Shown here: positions 37,415-47,509 of the stretch, piece by piece
Layout of the letters: each line of letters begins with the position of its first letter
Position numbering within the stretch: the stretch's first letter is position 1
Origin: Candidatus Poribacteria bacterium
Lineage (GTDB): Bacteria; Poribacteria; WGA-4E; WGA-3G
DNA length: 64,000 nt
Direction: 5' to 3'
Assembly (NCBI GenBank): GCA_022825825.1
Contig: JAJDWA010000040.1
Location: 10,488 to 74,487, forward strand
Notes under the pieces: generated by a model
What the model was told of the DNA's origin: nothing
Databases searched by the model: none
The model's input: only the letters and a program-made list of their open reading frames with translations
Translations under genes and position numbers: made by a program

Positions 37415-38485
37415 CTACTTTTTTATTTCTCCCCACTGCGTTGCCATCTTTCCCACAGGACTGACAGATAAGGGGTGATTAAACCAATTTGGATTGTTAT
37501 CAGATTTGCGGTGATTGGTGAGATTTATGATTTCATGAGTGATAAGATTATAGCGATAAATATCCCAATTACCACCCCGCCCTTGCGGCGAAGCTGAGAA
37601 AACAAATTCTTTGCTATCCGGCGACCAACTTGTTTCATAACCTACTGACCATTCTTCCGGGATAGAAAATTTCGGTTGTTCGATACCTTCCAAGCCAACT
37701 ATTACCAATTGGCCTGTCATACGCCGGATAAGGATATTAAATATAAAGGGCGGTATGTGCGGAATGACATTTGCCAATGGTCCCTCGGAATTAGCTTCAT
37801 AATATAGAATATACTTTCCATCCGGGGACCAACGAGGGCTAATTTCAAAAAGATTGGGGTTTGGCTGGGTAAGTTGTCTTGTTTGTTTGGTTTTGACATC
37901 AATAATGTTGATGTTTCCACCTTGTCCGAATGCATACTGTTTATATACGATATATTTCCCATCTGGAGACCAACATGGTTCGTGTGAATAACCATCAATC
38001 GCAAAGCCTTCAATTGCCAAGCCTTGAGCTCTAAAGCCATTTTTATCTTTGCTGTCAGTGAGTTGTTTAACCTTACCATTTTTGATGTCAATTATATGGA
38101 TTTCATTTCTTCCACTACGGTTGCTCGTGAATGCGATTTGCTGTCCATCGGGTGACCATGACGCTTCATCGTCTCTCGCAGGATGCTCGGTTAGATTCCG
38201 TTGATTTCTACCATCAGCATCCATAATGAAAATATCATACTGTTTGTTTCTAATATCTTTACCTAAATCTCTTGTAAAAGCAATCTGTTCACCATCTGGT
38301 GACCATGTTGGATTCTTATCATAAAGTTCGTTGTGTGTCAGCCTCTTTACACGGTTTCCGTCATCGTTCATCACATAGATTTCACTACCACCATCGCGAG
38401 TAGAGGTGAAAACGATTTTTGCTTGCGCGAATGTGGAAATGAGCAGAATGAAGACTGCTGTTATCCATAGTATCTGTTTGAACAT
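37415..38485 (-). CDS. TolB-like PD40 beta-propeller protein, secreted
   Basis: 356 aa with a signal peptide. Repeated ..P.WSPDG..IAF.S.R.G..EI.. PD40 units. Confidence 0.8.
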   Translation of the reverse strand: MFKQILWITAVFILLISTFAQAKIVFTSTRDGGSEIYVMNDDGNRVKRLTHNELYDKNPTWSPDGEQIAFTRDLGKDIRNKQYDIFIMDADGRNQRNLTEHPARDDEASWSPDGQQIAFTSNRSGRNEIHIIDIKNGKVKQLTDSKDKNGFRAQGLAIEGFAIDGYSHEPCWSPDGKYIVYKQYAFGQGGNINIIDVKTKQTRQLTQPNPNLFEISPRWSPDGKYILYYEANSEGPLANVIPHIPPFIFNILIRRMTGQLVIVGLEGIEQPKFSIPEEWSVGYETSWSPDSKEFVFSASPQGRGGNWDIYRYNLITHEIINLTNHRKSDNNPNWFNHPLSVSPVGKMATQWGEIKK

Positions 38486-38515
38486 GGTAAAATTTCCACT
38501 ATAGTTGTAAGGTGA

Positions 38516-39454
38516 TTATGCTGCCAACGCTGCGAATATCGCCTTAATATAACCAACAGAATACGCTAACCCTACATTACCCTCTAATCTCGGAATATGG
38601 TCGGCATTGATGCATCCATCAAACCCTACCTTTTGGAGTTCACGGACAATTTTGAACATGTTCATATCGCCATCGTCAAGGAGCGTCTCCTCAAACGCGC
38701 CTGCTGTTGCGAGGCTACCGCGCACATTCCGCAGGTGAACCATAAAGATACGCCCTTTACGACCGTAGTTGTTAATCTCATCAAGCACTATGGCACTTCC
38801 CCCCGCTTCAGCACGGGTGCCGCAACAGTAAAGGTAACCGACATTTCTGCTTGGAAAAGCATCAATTACGCGATGAAAACCGAGACCGCCAAAAGGTGTA
38901 TCCGGGTTTGGCACATCTGATGGGTGAATGGCAAGTTTAATCTCGTGTTCATCAGCAATAGGTACCAACGCGCCGTAGACTTCGCAGAAACGTTTCCACC
39001 ATTCTTCAAGTTCTTCCATTGATGGTGTAGGAGGCGGGTTCTTGGTTGCAGCACGGCTTTCTCCACGTGAGAGATAACCGCCACGATGCACAGCCGAATA
39101 ACGTGTCATCAGATAGTCGAACGTATCCCCCCAGAACCTTTGGCGTGCAATAGGCACACCTGCTTCAGCAAACACTTTGAGAGCGTTGCACGTGTTTTCT
39201 AATTCTTTTTCGCCATCGGGTTGCCCTTTCATGAACTTCTCTGTAATGTTTGGCAGCGTCACGCGATTGATGTCCAAACCGTAGGAGCGAATCCTTTTTT
39301 TCATCTTCAACAGTCCGTCCAAATCGGGATAACCTTGTTCTTTAACACCGGGGAAAGAGCCACCGTTCCCAAAATCGATGCAGTCTGCACCGAGTTGTGT
39401 AACCTGTTTCAAATAGGTGTCTGAAAGTCCACCGTCCCACACAGATATTTTCAT
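38516..39454 (-). CDS. Mannonate-dehydratase-like (UxuA family) / xylose-isomerase-like TIM-barrel protein
   Basis: 312 aa. The N-terminal layout (MKISVW....D..L.Q..QLGA..I......PG......D...L...K..I...GL....V) parallels UxuA as I remember it. No alignment was run. Confidence 0.5.
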   Translation of the reverse strand: MKISVWDGGLSDTYLKQVTQLGADCIDFGNGGSFPGVKEQGYPDLDGLLKMKKRIRSYGLDINRVTLPNITEKFMKGQPDGEKELENTCNALKVFAEAGVPIARQRFWGDTFDYLMTRYSAVHRGGYLSRGESRAATKNPPPTPSMEELEEWWKRFCEVYGALVPIADEHEIKLAIHPSDVPNPDTPFGGLGFHRVIDAFPSRNVGYLYCCGTRAEAGGSAIVLDEINNYGRKGRIFMVHLRNVRGSLATAGAFEETLLDDGDMNMFKIVRELQKVGFDGCINADHIPRLEGNVGLAYSVGYIKAIFAALAA

Positions 39455-39505
39455 CTTTTTCCTCTATAATGGTAGATTTTAGAGTTGCTTGAACACTGCA
39501 AATCA

Positions 39506-39530
39506 GCGAGGTTAGGAAACCTCGCCTACC
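39506..39530 (-). repeat. GGTAGG/TTAGGAAAC hairpin (REP-like)
   Basis: gcgaggttaggaaacctcgcctacc. Same stem as the copy at 23171-23196. Intergenic. Confidence 0.75.
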
Positions 39531-39577
39531 AGGAATGAAGTGTTCATTTATTTTCACAATTGACTGTAATGATACTT

Positions 39578-40582
39578 CTATAAAGGCAATGCAACGGGTT
39601 GTCCAATTTCAACGGATTGATATGCGGCTAACGCAATTTCGACAGCAGCGCGCCCATCAGCACCAGTAATTAGTGGAGGTGTGTCGTTTCGGATCGCCTC
39701 TACGAAAACACGAATTTCTTGTTGAACAGGGGGCGGCACCTGAATATCACTAATTCTGATGCTTCTACCTTCACCTTCAAAAGGTTTTACTTGTATAGCT
39801 GCATCACCACCCCAAATTTGTGGGAAGTAAATTGATCCCTTTTCACAATCAACGCGTCCACCGTAACCGCCAACCGCGGCAGCATGGCTGGAATGAAGTA
39901 ATCCGACTGCACCGTTCTCAAAGTTTAAAGATGCAAGCACTACATCTGGATAGTCTGTATGTTCATGCACATACTGTCCACCAACGCCGTATACTCTTGA
40001 GACATCCCCACATGTCCATCGCATAAAGTCTATCTCATGAGCATTTATTTCCATGAGACTGCCTCCAGATTTTGCCTGTACCAGGCGCCAAGGAACACGA
40101 TTTCCACCTCCCCACGGACCGCCGATCCGATGCACCATCATGTTGACCGGCGCGCCAAGTTCACCACTATGAACAATTTCACGCACTTTAGAATGCGTGG
40201 CATGGTAACGACACACCAAACCGATTGTGAGTTTAACACTGTTTTCTTCCGCAGCTGCGATCATTGCATCGCAATCTTCTAACGTCGGTGCCATCGGTTT
40301 TTCAGAGAAAACGTGTTTGCCTGCGTTTGCTGCGTCAACTGCCATCTGTGCATGTAAGAACGGAGGTGAAGCAATTAGGACTGCCTGAATGCCATCATTT
40401 GCAAGCAGTTCATGATAGTCAGTTGTGTAGTTTGTTTTAAGGTTGCCCGCAAGGGTTTTCGCCAATTCCTCTTGTAGGTCACTAACGCAGATAACATCTA
40501 TGCCTTCAACGGCGTTTGCACCGTTTGCAAGACTTCTACCCATGCCGCCGCATCCGATAACACCAATTCCTATTGATTCCAT
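39578..40582 (-). CDS. Gfo/Idh/MocA-family NAD(P)-dependent oxidoreductase
   Basis: ORF 39578..40615. ATG at 40582 (MESIGIGVIGCGGMG..) is preceded by GGAG. Rossmann GxGxxG plus the ..EKP.. motif. Confidence 0.85.
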   Translation of the reverse strand: MESIGIGVIGCGGMGRSLANGANAVEGIDVICVSDLQEELAKTLAGNLKTNYTTDYHELLANDGIQAVLIASPPFLHAQMAVDAANAGKHVFSEKPMAPTLEDCDAMIAAAEENSVKLTIGLVCRYHATHSKVREIVHSGELGAPVNMMVHRIGGPWGGGNRVPWRLVQAKSGGSLMEINAHEIDFMRWTCGDVSRVYGVGGQYVHEHTDYPDVVLASLNFENGAVGLLHSSHAAAVGGYGGRVDCEKGSIYFPQIWGGDAAIQVKPFEGEGRSIRISDIQVPPPVQQEIRVFVEAIRNDTPPLITGADGRAAVEIALAAYQSVEIGQPVALPL

Positions 40583-40717
40583 AAATTTCTCCATAATATA
40601 TACGAAATTTGTCAAAATCTCAATGAAAGTAAGCGCACTTTGTAAACGAGCCTACAAGTAAATATCTACATCTTTTATATTCAACGTAAAACAAGGCGCG
40701 ACTGACGCAGATAACCT

Positions 40718-41110
40718 CTATGCCTTCAACTGCGCTTGCATCATTTTATGGGTTTCGTTCCATTCCGATGTTGGAAGTAAATGTTCAATGAGCATGTGTT
40801 GGATCTCGTATATGGAAATATCTTGATTCATGCCAAAGAAAAGGTACTTGCCAGTTTTTCCGGCTTCATCCGCTATTTCTTCCATAGTTGGCGAAGTTAC
40901 AATTAACACTACCTGAATTTTTTCATCGGCGAGTAATTCGTGATAATCAATAGTGTAGCTCACACCGATTTCAGTCGCAAGTTTTTCTGCCAATTCACCT
41001 TGAGAATCACTAACACAGATAACCTCTAAACCTCCAACAGCATGGGCGCCAGTTGCAAGTCGTTTCCCCATTTTGTCACAACCGATAACACCAATTCCGA
41101 TGGTTTCCAT
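40718..41110 (-). pseudogene. Truncated Gfo/Idh/MocA paralog (N-terminal ~100 aa only, degenerate GxGxxG)
   Basis: METIGIGVIGCDKMGKRLATGAHAVGGLEVICVSD.. parallels the neighbour's N-terminus and then diverges and stops. A third 45-nt fragment (40696-40745, encoding ..SAVEGIEVICVS..) overlaps its 3' end. Confidence 0.5.
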
Positions 41111-41165
41111 TTTTATCTCCATCTCCAATGTAGTAAGTTACAGCATGCAGTGTGTGCCTACTATT

Positions 41166-41999
41166 TTATCTACGTTTCGCCTTGATTTGCCCCCACGTGA
41201 CGCTTAAATGATTTGACGTAGGACTGACATCAAGTCCTTCAGCCCTCATGTTTTTCTGTACTTCCCCTGCTGTGAGTGCCCGGTCATAGATACGAAATTC
41301 GTCAATATACCCTTGGATAGCATCAGCATTGACTCCATCTGATCTGTCTCCAATACCTAACAGCAGTCCACCTTTTGGGATTTTACCGCCTGCTACTTTA
41401 TGACCTATTGCAAGTTTTCCATTCACATAGTAGTTAACATTAGAACCATCATAAGTACCTACGATATGCAACCATTCATTAAGAGGGATATCTTCCTGAA
41501 TGAGATGTTGCCCAGCTTGTGTTGCTTTATCATCTACTTTGACAAAAAATCCGTGACGATTGTCGTCATCATCATAATAAAGCGTTACAACCTTAGTGTT
41601 TGCAGGCATGTCATCGAGTGAAATAATGCGATTCCAACTGTCGTCTAACGCATTAATTTTTACCCAACATTCCAACGTGATTTCATCCCAATCACGATCG
41701 ATTTTCGGCGGATCAGAATCCTCAACAAGTAAGTAATCATCAACCCCGTCGAGTAGGATACACTCGCCGACTGCGCAATCTGCGGCAGGTGCAAGTTCGG
41801 GGTCACCATCAACAACAGCCTTCAGTCCGGAAAAAATATCCTCTGCATGTTTTTGGATTTGCACTGTTCCTTGATCAAATGACCAATAAGCGACTAAACC
41901 ATCTTCAACTGCCCCAATAACAGCATCGGCTGGGTGTGTAAACACTATGAGGAGCAGGAAAAGGATTGAAATTGTGTAGGATAATTTTATGTTTTGCAT
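41166..41999 (-). CDS. Secreted LamG-domain (concanavalin A-like lectin/glucanase) protein
   Basis: 277 aa with a signal peptide. LVAYWSFDQG.., ..EWLHIVGTYDGSNVNYYVNGKL.., ..IDEFRIYDRALTAGEV.. are hallmark Laminin_G_3 motifs. Confidence 0.75.
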   Translation of the reverse strand: MQNIKLSYTISILFLLLIVFTHPADAVIGAVEDGLVAYWSFDQGTVQIQKHAEDIFSGLKAVVDGDPELAPAADCAVGECILLDGVDDYLLVEDSDPPKIDRDWDEITLECWVKINALDDSWNRIISLDDMPANTKVVTLYYDDDDNRHGFFVKVDDKATQAGQHLIQEDIPLNEWLHIVGTYDGSNVNYYVNGKLAIGHKVAGGKIPKGGLLLGIGDRSDGVNADAIQGYIDEFRIYDRALTAGEVQKNMRAEGLDVSPTSNHLSVTWGQIKAKRR

Positions 42000-42092
42000 C
42001 GTGATGTCTCCTTTGATGAGTTAGTGATTGCTACGTTTACTTTCTGGTAACTTATACCATTTCTAATATATAATGTGTCATTTGATGGAAGT

Positions 42093-42130
42093 ATTCATTA
42101 GGAGCGACTTCCTGGTTGCTCCTAATGAAT
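42093..42130. repeat. Perfect 13-bp-stem palindrome
   Basis: attcattaggagc (42093-42105) / gctcctaatgaat (42118-42130) with a 12-nt loop. An imperfect long inverted repeat follows at 42161-42204 / 42264-42309 (cggaGGcgcggag.. type units). Confidence 0.85.
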
Positions 42131-42382
42131 TTTGACGTTTATATTTTGATTGTCAAAATCGTCTGAATCACGGAAGGCGCGGAGAACGCAGAGGACGCGG
42201 AAAGAAGAGATATTTTGGTCACAACAGCACATTTTGTGAAAATGATTTAGGATGTGCAAGAGCCTCCTCCGTGTTTTCCGTGTCCTCCGCGTAATCCGCG
42301 ATTCTGACAGAGAAGAAATCAGAAGGACCGAATTAATAAATTAACCTTCGGACAGATTGTGCTACATAGGTGGTAACTTAGG

Positions 42383-43774
42383 TTAAAATACATCACGCAT
42401 AGCGCGGCGGCGTTCATCAGCAAGTTCGCGGACACTTTCTTCGTCAGACCGTTCGTCAACCTGCTCTGCAACGATAGGACGATATTGCGCTACTTCACTT
42501 CTACGTTTAAAGAGACGGAAGTAGTCAAATCTGGTTAAAGTTGGTGGTATATTTCCTGGGCAGAGTGCGTGTAATCCGACCTGCACACGTGGTCCCATTG
42601 CAACGCGAGTGACTCCGACACCTCTCCAATGAATACCGTCTGGGCTGGCAAAGGCGGAGAACTGATTGCCGCGCCGTTCAAGACGTAAAAACAGTTCGCG
42701 TACATTCCGCATGCCGCCACGCGCGACAAGACCAAACCGACGGTTAACATGTCGTTCAAAACGGACGTCACCTCGGAAAGCGTGTGGTCCGGAGGTTTTT
42801 TCCAATCGAAGGAACTGATTTTCATTTTTCCAAATAATCAGACCACCGTGTTCTCTGAGTTGCGGTGAGATACGCATACGGGTTTCAATCGCGAAATCCT
42901 CGGTAACTTCCATCAAGAGTCGCGGCGCATCCATATCGCCGTCTCTACCGTTTGGACCGTGCCATAAGTCTTGTCCGGGATCCGTCCGCATTTCAAGATA
43001 GCCTTGGCGTTCAGTCCATCCGCCACCACCTTGGGGGTCTACCCATTGCCATTCTGGACGCATATCGTTGCCGATAAATTCATCATCAAATACCATTTCA
43101 GTGAATTCACCGGATGATGCCCATCCTTCTATTTTTATAGAAGAGACAGTGTCACCAATACTCTGCGGCAACAGATGTAAGTTGGGCAGTTCCTTTTTGA
43201 ATTCTGATGGCTCCATTCGGATATGAAATGGTGCGCCTTCAAAATCTGGGTGTTCATAAAAAATAACTTCGGCACCATCAGGTGGAAAATCAGGACCTTT
43301 GAAGATACGGATAGACGAAATCCGGTCTTCAAACCAGGTGCCGCCCTGCGGGTCTCGCAGGTTCGCTATATCTCGTAAGATCGTAATCTTTTTCCCTTTA
43401 AATTCTACATGTTCATAACAGTCTACAATCAACGGAACAGTACCCCACTCCGGACCGACTACATCAATGGTGGAACCGAAGTTTATTGAGGAAATCCTGT
43501 CAGCGAAGTTAAATGCTACATCATGTATGTTCGGATAAAATCCGGGACCGAGCGGCAATTTCTTTCCTTTATAGTTCACGTGCTGATAAAGAAGTGCCTT
43601 GTAATTTGGACTACCGGAAAAATTTGGACCTTTGAAAACTCGAAGAGAAGATATGTTGTCTTGAAATCCGATACGTCCTGTATGTGGCACCGGTTCTAAA
43701 ACATATCCCATCCTACCACGAAAGTTTGTATGTTGAAAAACTTCAACGATGAGGCGAGGTATTACAACTGGCAT
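42383..43774 (-). CDS. Protein with four beta-gamma-crystallin-type motifs plus a C-terminal concanavalin-like (DUF1349-like) domain
   Basis: 463 aa. Four repeats of [FY].H.N[FY].G....L.......(D)[RT][IV]SS[IL][RK][IV] (e.g. FQHTNFRGRMGY..DNISSLRVF; YEHVEFKGKKIT..DRISSIRIF). The C-terminal ..APRLLMEV.EDFAIETRM......EHGGLIIWKNENQFLRLE.. is DUF1349-like from memory. Confidence 0.65.
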   Translation of the reverse strand: MPVVIPRLIVEVFQHTNFRGRMGYVLEPVPHTGRIGFQDNISSLRVFKGPNFSGSPNYKALLYQHVNYKGKKLPLGPGFYPNIHDVAFNFADRISSINFGSTIDVVGPEWGTVPLIVDCYEHVEFKGKKITILRDIANLRDPQGGTWFEDRISSIRIFKGPDFPPDGAEVIFYEHPDFEGAPFHIRMEPSEFKKELPNLHLLPQSIGDTVSSIKIEGWASSGEFTEMVFDDEFIGNDMRPEWQWVDPQGGGGWTERQGYLEMRTDPGQDLWHGPNGRDGDMDAPRLLMEVTEDFAIETRMRISPQLREHGGLIIWKNENQFLRLEKTSGPHAFRGDVRFERHVNRRFGLVARGGMRNVRELFLRLERRGNQFSAFASPDGIHWRGVGVTRVAMGPRVQVGLHALCPGNIPPTLTRFDYFRLFKRRSEVAQYRPIVAEQVDERSDEESVRELADERRRAMRDVF

Positions 43775-43840
43775 TTTTTTCTCCTATTTGTTGGTATATG
43801 TTAATTGGGTTTTCAACTTACGGCTTCTTATACTTTAAAA

Positions 43841-44938
43841 TTACACATTTTCAAGAGTTACTTCATATATTTGGGCAAAACCACTTCTATCTGAGGTAAA
43901 CACAACATGCTTTCCATCAGGGCTAAATGAGGGATGCGGATGCGTGTGCTGTGGTGCATACACTGTAATAGGTCCATTCGCATAAGGAAAAGGGCCGTTC
44001 CAATGTTCACCGATTGCCGAAGCTCCTGGATAACAGAGCGCCTTCGGTTCACCAATTCCATCACGCGGATCAAATGTTTGGATACCGATATCTGGGAAAT
44101 TCGTATCCGCAACCATCAAAGTGCCATCTTTGTTACAGATTGCGTGCCATGCGTTGAATGTCGTTACTTGTCGTTCTTCTTCGGTATCAACGTTAATACA
44201 TCTCACACCGCGAGGCCAATCGACAAAAGCAAGTTCACGCGTACCCGGTATCCATGTTTCGTGCGTAATCCACTCATTTTTTTCAACATTACGAGCGTAA
44301 AGCCTGCGATTTCCTGTGCCATCCCGATGAATAACCCACACGCGGTCGGTTAGGGGACCAGCATAATAGAGCAGATTTGAATCGTCGGGACAAAATTGGA
44401 GGTGTGCAATGCTATCCTTACGAAGGATAATCTCGTGAGCACCTGTATCCGTCCCCACAATAGCGAGTGCAGACTCTGCACCCACTTTGAATCGGACTGC
44501 CCACCATTTGTCATCATGACTAAGTGCGGTTGTTCCCATCGCAGCCGCGACCATTCCCTCATCACGCATTTCAGTTGCTGAGAAGTTAACCAATTCGCGC
44601 TCTTCCAACGTTTCTAAGTCAAGTCGCCAGCCACTTGTGCCAGCGGTAAAAAACACCGCACTACCATTATGTGATGGATGCACAGACCATTCGCTTATAT
44701 CAGGTCTATCTGTCAACTGACGAAGTTCTCCGCTACCTCTTTCTTCGGCAAAAATCTGCGGTGTACCGGTCCGATGTGACACAAAAATCAACCGCTGCAT
44801 TGCGTCATCATACGCTGGAATAATAAAAAACGGATGATGGTGATGTGCAGAAGCCATCGTCACTTGGCGGATAAGCGTCCCAGTACGTCTATCATAAAAC
44901 GTCCGAGATTCTGACGATGTGACAGAACCTTTCGCCAT
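43841..44938 (-). CDS. PD40/TolB-like propeller protein resembling oligogalacturonide lyase (PL22) family
   Basis: 365 aa. N-terminal MAKG...S..R.F.D..TG..I.Q.T........F.....Y.D....L.F.S.R.G.PQIF and C-terminal ..HPSFSPDGKHVVFTSDRSGFAQIYEV. The family call rests on remembered resemblance only. Confidence 0.45.
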   Translation of the reverse strand: MAKGSVTSSESRTFYDRRTGTLIRQVTMASAHHHHPFFIIPAYDDAMQRLIFVSHRTGTPQIFAEERGSGELRQLTDRPDISEWSVHPSHNGSAVFFTAGTSGWRLDLETLEERELVNFSATEMRDEGMVAAAMGTTALSHDDKWWAVRFKVGAESALAIVGTDTGAHEIILRKDSIAHLQFCPDDSNLLYYAGPLTDRVWVIHRDGTGNRRLYARNVEKNEWITHETWIPGTRELAFVDWPRGVRCINVDTEEERQVTTFNAWHAICNKDGTLMVADTNFPDIGIQTFDPRDGIGEPKALCYPGASAIGEHWNGPFPYANGPITVYAPQHTHPHPSFSPDGKHVVFTSDRSGFAQIYEVTLENV

Positions 44939-44995
44939 CTATCTATCCCTATGAAACGTATTTGGGCAGATGTTTGATACCCGCCCATTTCTGTT

Positions 44996-45994
44996 TTATT
45001 CTTCAAATGCAGCGTCGAAAGCAACAGCAGACGGTTCAAAATCGTATCCTTTTACAGCACCACACGCTTCCCGTGCGCCATGTTCGCGATCCATACCACT
45101 ATCTTCCCATTCAATAGAAAGTGGTCCATCGTAACCGATATTGTTCAGGGCACGGATGATCTCTTCAAAATTTATATTTCCGCGTCCGATAGAGCGAAAA
45201 TCCCAGAAACGTTTTGAATCACCGAAGTTCAAATGTCCACCGAACACACCGGACAATCGTGGCGTTTCTGCCCACCAAACATCTTTCATGTGAACATGAT
45301 AGATACGATCACTTAATCGTTCAATGAACGCCACATAATCAACGCCTTGATATCCGAGGTGGCTTGGGTCATAGTTGAAACCGAAGGTTTCTCTACCATC
45401 AAGTGCCTCAATAGCACGCTCTGCAGTAACGATATCAAAAGCAATTTCAGTTGGATGGACTTCAAGACCGAACTTCACACCGACTTCATCAAAAACATCA
45501 AAAATTGGATTCCAACGGTCTGCAAAATCTTCAAAGCCAGCATCAATCTGTGCGGGGTCTACTGGTGGAAATGAGTAAAGCAGATGCCAGATAGCACTTC
45601 CTGTAAAGCCGTTTACGACATCAACACCGAGTTTTGCAGCAGCGCGTGCGGTGTTTTTCATCTCTTCTGCGGCACGTTCTCGGACACCATCGGGATCACC
45701 ATCGCCCCAAATCTGTTCTGATATAATTCCTTGATGTCGACTATCAATATTATCGCAAACCGCTTGCCCAACGAGGTGGTTGCTTATTGACCAAACTTTC
45801 AATCCGTATTTTGCGAGCAGGTCATGTCTACCTTGGCAGTAACTATCGTCAGAAAGTGCTTTGTCCACCTCAAAGTGGTCACCCCAGCAAGCAAGTTCTA
45901 AACCGTCGTATCCCCACTCGCTGGCTTTCTTTGCTAAATCTTCGAGTGTTAAGTCTGCCCATTGTCCTGTAAACAGAGTCACAGGTCTTGCCAT
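44996..45994 (-). CDS. Sugar phosphate isomerase/epimerase (xylose-isomerase-like TIM barrel)
   Basis: 332 aa. ..[15 protein letters not shown].., ..[13 protein letters not shown].., ..HVHMKD.. are typical AP-endonuclease-2/XI-like barrel metal-site strands. Confidence 0.8.
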   Translation of the reverse strand: MARPVTLFTGQWADLTLEDLAKKASEWGYDGLELACWGDHFEVDKALSDDSYCQGRHDLLAKYGLKVWSISNHLVGQAVCDNIDSRHQGIISEQIWGDGDPDGVRERAAEEMKNTARAAAKLGVDVVNGFTGSAIWHLLYSFPPVDPAQIDAGFEDFADRWNPIFDVFDEVGVKFGLEVHPTEIAFDIVTAERAIEALDGRETFGFNYDPSHLGYQGVDYVAFIERLSDRIYHVHMKDVWWAETPRLSGVFGGHLNFGDSKRFWDFRSIGRGNINFEEIIRALNNIGYDGPLSIEWEDSGMDREHGAREACGAVKGYDFEPSAVAFDAAFEE

Positions 45995-46051
45995 AGTATA
46001 TCTCCTTTATTGTTTATAGCAGGGTTTCAACCCAAAATCTTAATCCTTGTC

Positions 46052-47224
46052 TTAAGCTGGTGGTGTATAACTTGCATCAACCCAACCGCGTTGTTTTCCA
46101 CTCTCTACTGCAGTGTTGATGAAATGGACACCACGTGCACCATCTTGCACAGTTGGAAAATCGGTGTCAAATTCACCTGGGGATTCACCAGCAATTTTGG
46201 CTGCCATCGTGCGTGCAGCATTGACGTATATGTTCGCGAATGCTTCGATGAACGCCTCAGGATGTCCAAACGGGATACGAGAATTGTGTTGCACAATTTC
46301 TGCAAGATAATCGTTGCCGCGTTTATAGACCTGCTCCGGTCCGTCTGGGAAGCGAACAGAGAGATAATTCGGATTTTCCTGATGCCATTCCAGCGACGCG
46401 TCTGTTCCGTAAACACGAATACGAAGATTATTTTCCTCCCCTACGGAGATTTGAGACGCAAACAAGACTCCACGAACGCCGCTTTCATAGTGAACTAACA
46501 GATTTCCATCGTCCTCTAATAAACGGCCTTGGACAAAAGTGGTCATGTCCGCGCAAATCTCTTCCATTTCAAGTCCAGTGATATAGTGTGCCAAATTCTC
46601 TGCGTGTGAACCGATGTCCCCGATACACGATGAAGCGCCTGCCTGTTTCGGATCAGTTCGCCAGACAGCTTGCTTTGCACCTTCGTTTTCCAAAAATGTG
46701 GAGAGCCACCCTTGCGGATATTCAACCACAATCTTACGTATCGTTCCGAGTTTTCCGCCTTGGACAAGTTCACGTGCTTGTTTCACCATCGGGTAACCTG
46801 TGTAATTGTGGGTCAACGCGAAGACGACATCATGTGACTTAACGAGGTGGCAGAGGGATTCGGCATCTTCAACTGTTGTCGTCATCGGTTTATCACAGAC
46901 AACGTGGAATCCTGCTTCTATGAAAGTTTTGGCAACATCAAAATGAACGTGATTGGGTGTAACAATTGAGACAAAATCTATGCGTTCACCTTCGGGGAGT
47001 TGGTTCTCTTTTTCTGCCATCTCCTTATACGAACCATAGACGCGGTTTTCATCAAGAAAGAGTTCTGCCCCTTGCTGTCGCGATTTTTCAGGCGAAGATG
47101 AAAATGCCCCAGCGACCAGATCAATTTCTCCATCAAGTGCAGCAGCTTTGCGATGCACAGCCCCGATGAATGCATCCGGTCCACCGCCTACCATTCCATA
47201 ACGTATTTTCCTACCAAGTGGCAT
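46052..47224 (-). CDS. Gfo/Idh/MocA-family oxidoreductase
   Basis: 390 aa. ..IRYGMVGGGPDAFIGAVHR.. Rossmann N-terminus and ..HVVCDKPM.. motif. Confidence 0.85.
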   Translation of the reverse strand: MPLGRKIRYGMVGGGPDAFIGAVHRKAAALDGEIDLVAGAFSSSPEKSRQQGAELFLDENRVYGSYKEMAEKENQLPEGERIDFVSIVTPNHVHFDVAKTFIEAGFHVVCDKPMTTTVEDAESLCHLVKSHDVVFALTHNYTGYPMVKQARELVQGGKLGTIRKIVVEYPQGWLSTFLENEGAKQAVWRTDPKQAGASSCIGDIGSHAENLAHYITGLEMEEICADMTTFVQGRLLEDDGNLLVHYESGVRGVLFASQISVGEENNLRIRVYGTDASLEWHQENPNYLSVRFPDGPEQVYKRGNDYLAEIVQHNSRIPFGHPEAFIEAFANIYVNAARTMAAKIAGESPGEFDTDFPTVQDGARGVHFINTAVESGKQRGWVDASYTPPA

Positions 47225-47509
47225 ATTGCGTATCCATTCCTTTATTCGGTGTGCGATAACTTATGCATGCTACAATCTGCGATATATCAGCACACGGGAT
47301 AGAATATAATTATTATAATTGAATTATCTCATATTTTTTCATTTTTTTCAAGGTTTTTTGGTTGGTGTACCAGGACCATTCAGTTTTCGTGTTTTTCTTA
47401 ACATTTTGGACATTGTTGCTCCTACGGGAAAGGCACAATGAATTGCGCGGCTACAAACACCGTGAATCTAAAGAAACGTATAGATATTTTAAATTTTGCT
47501 ATAAGCTGC

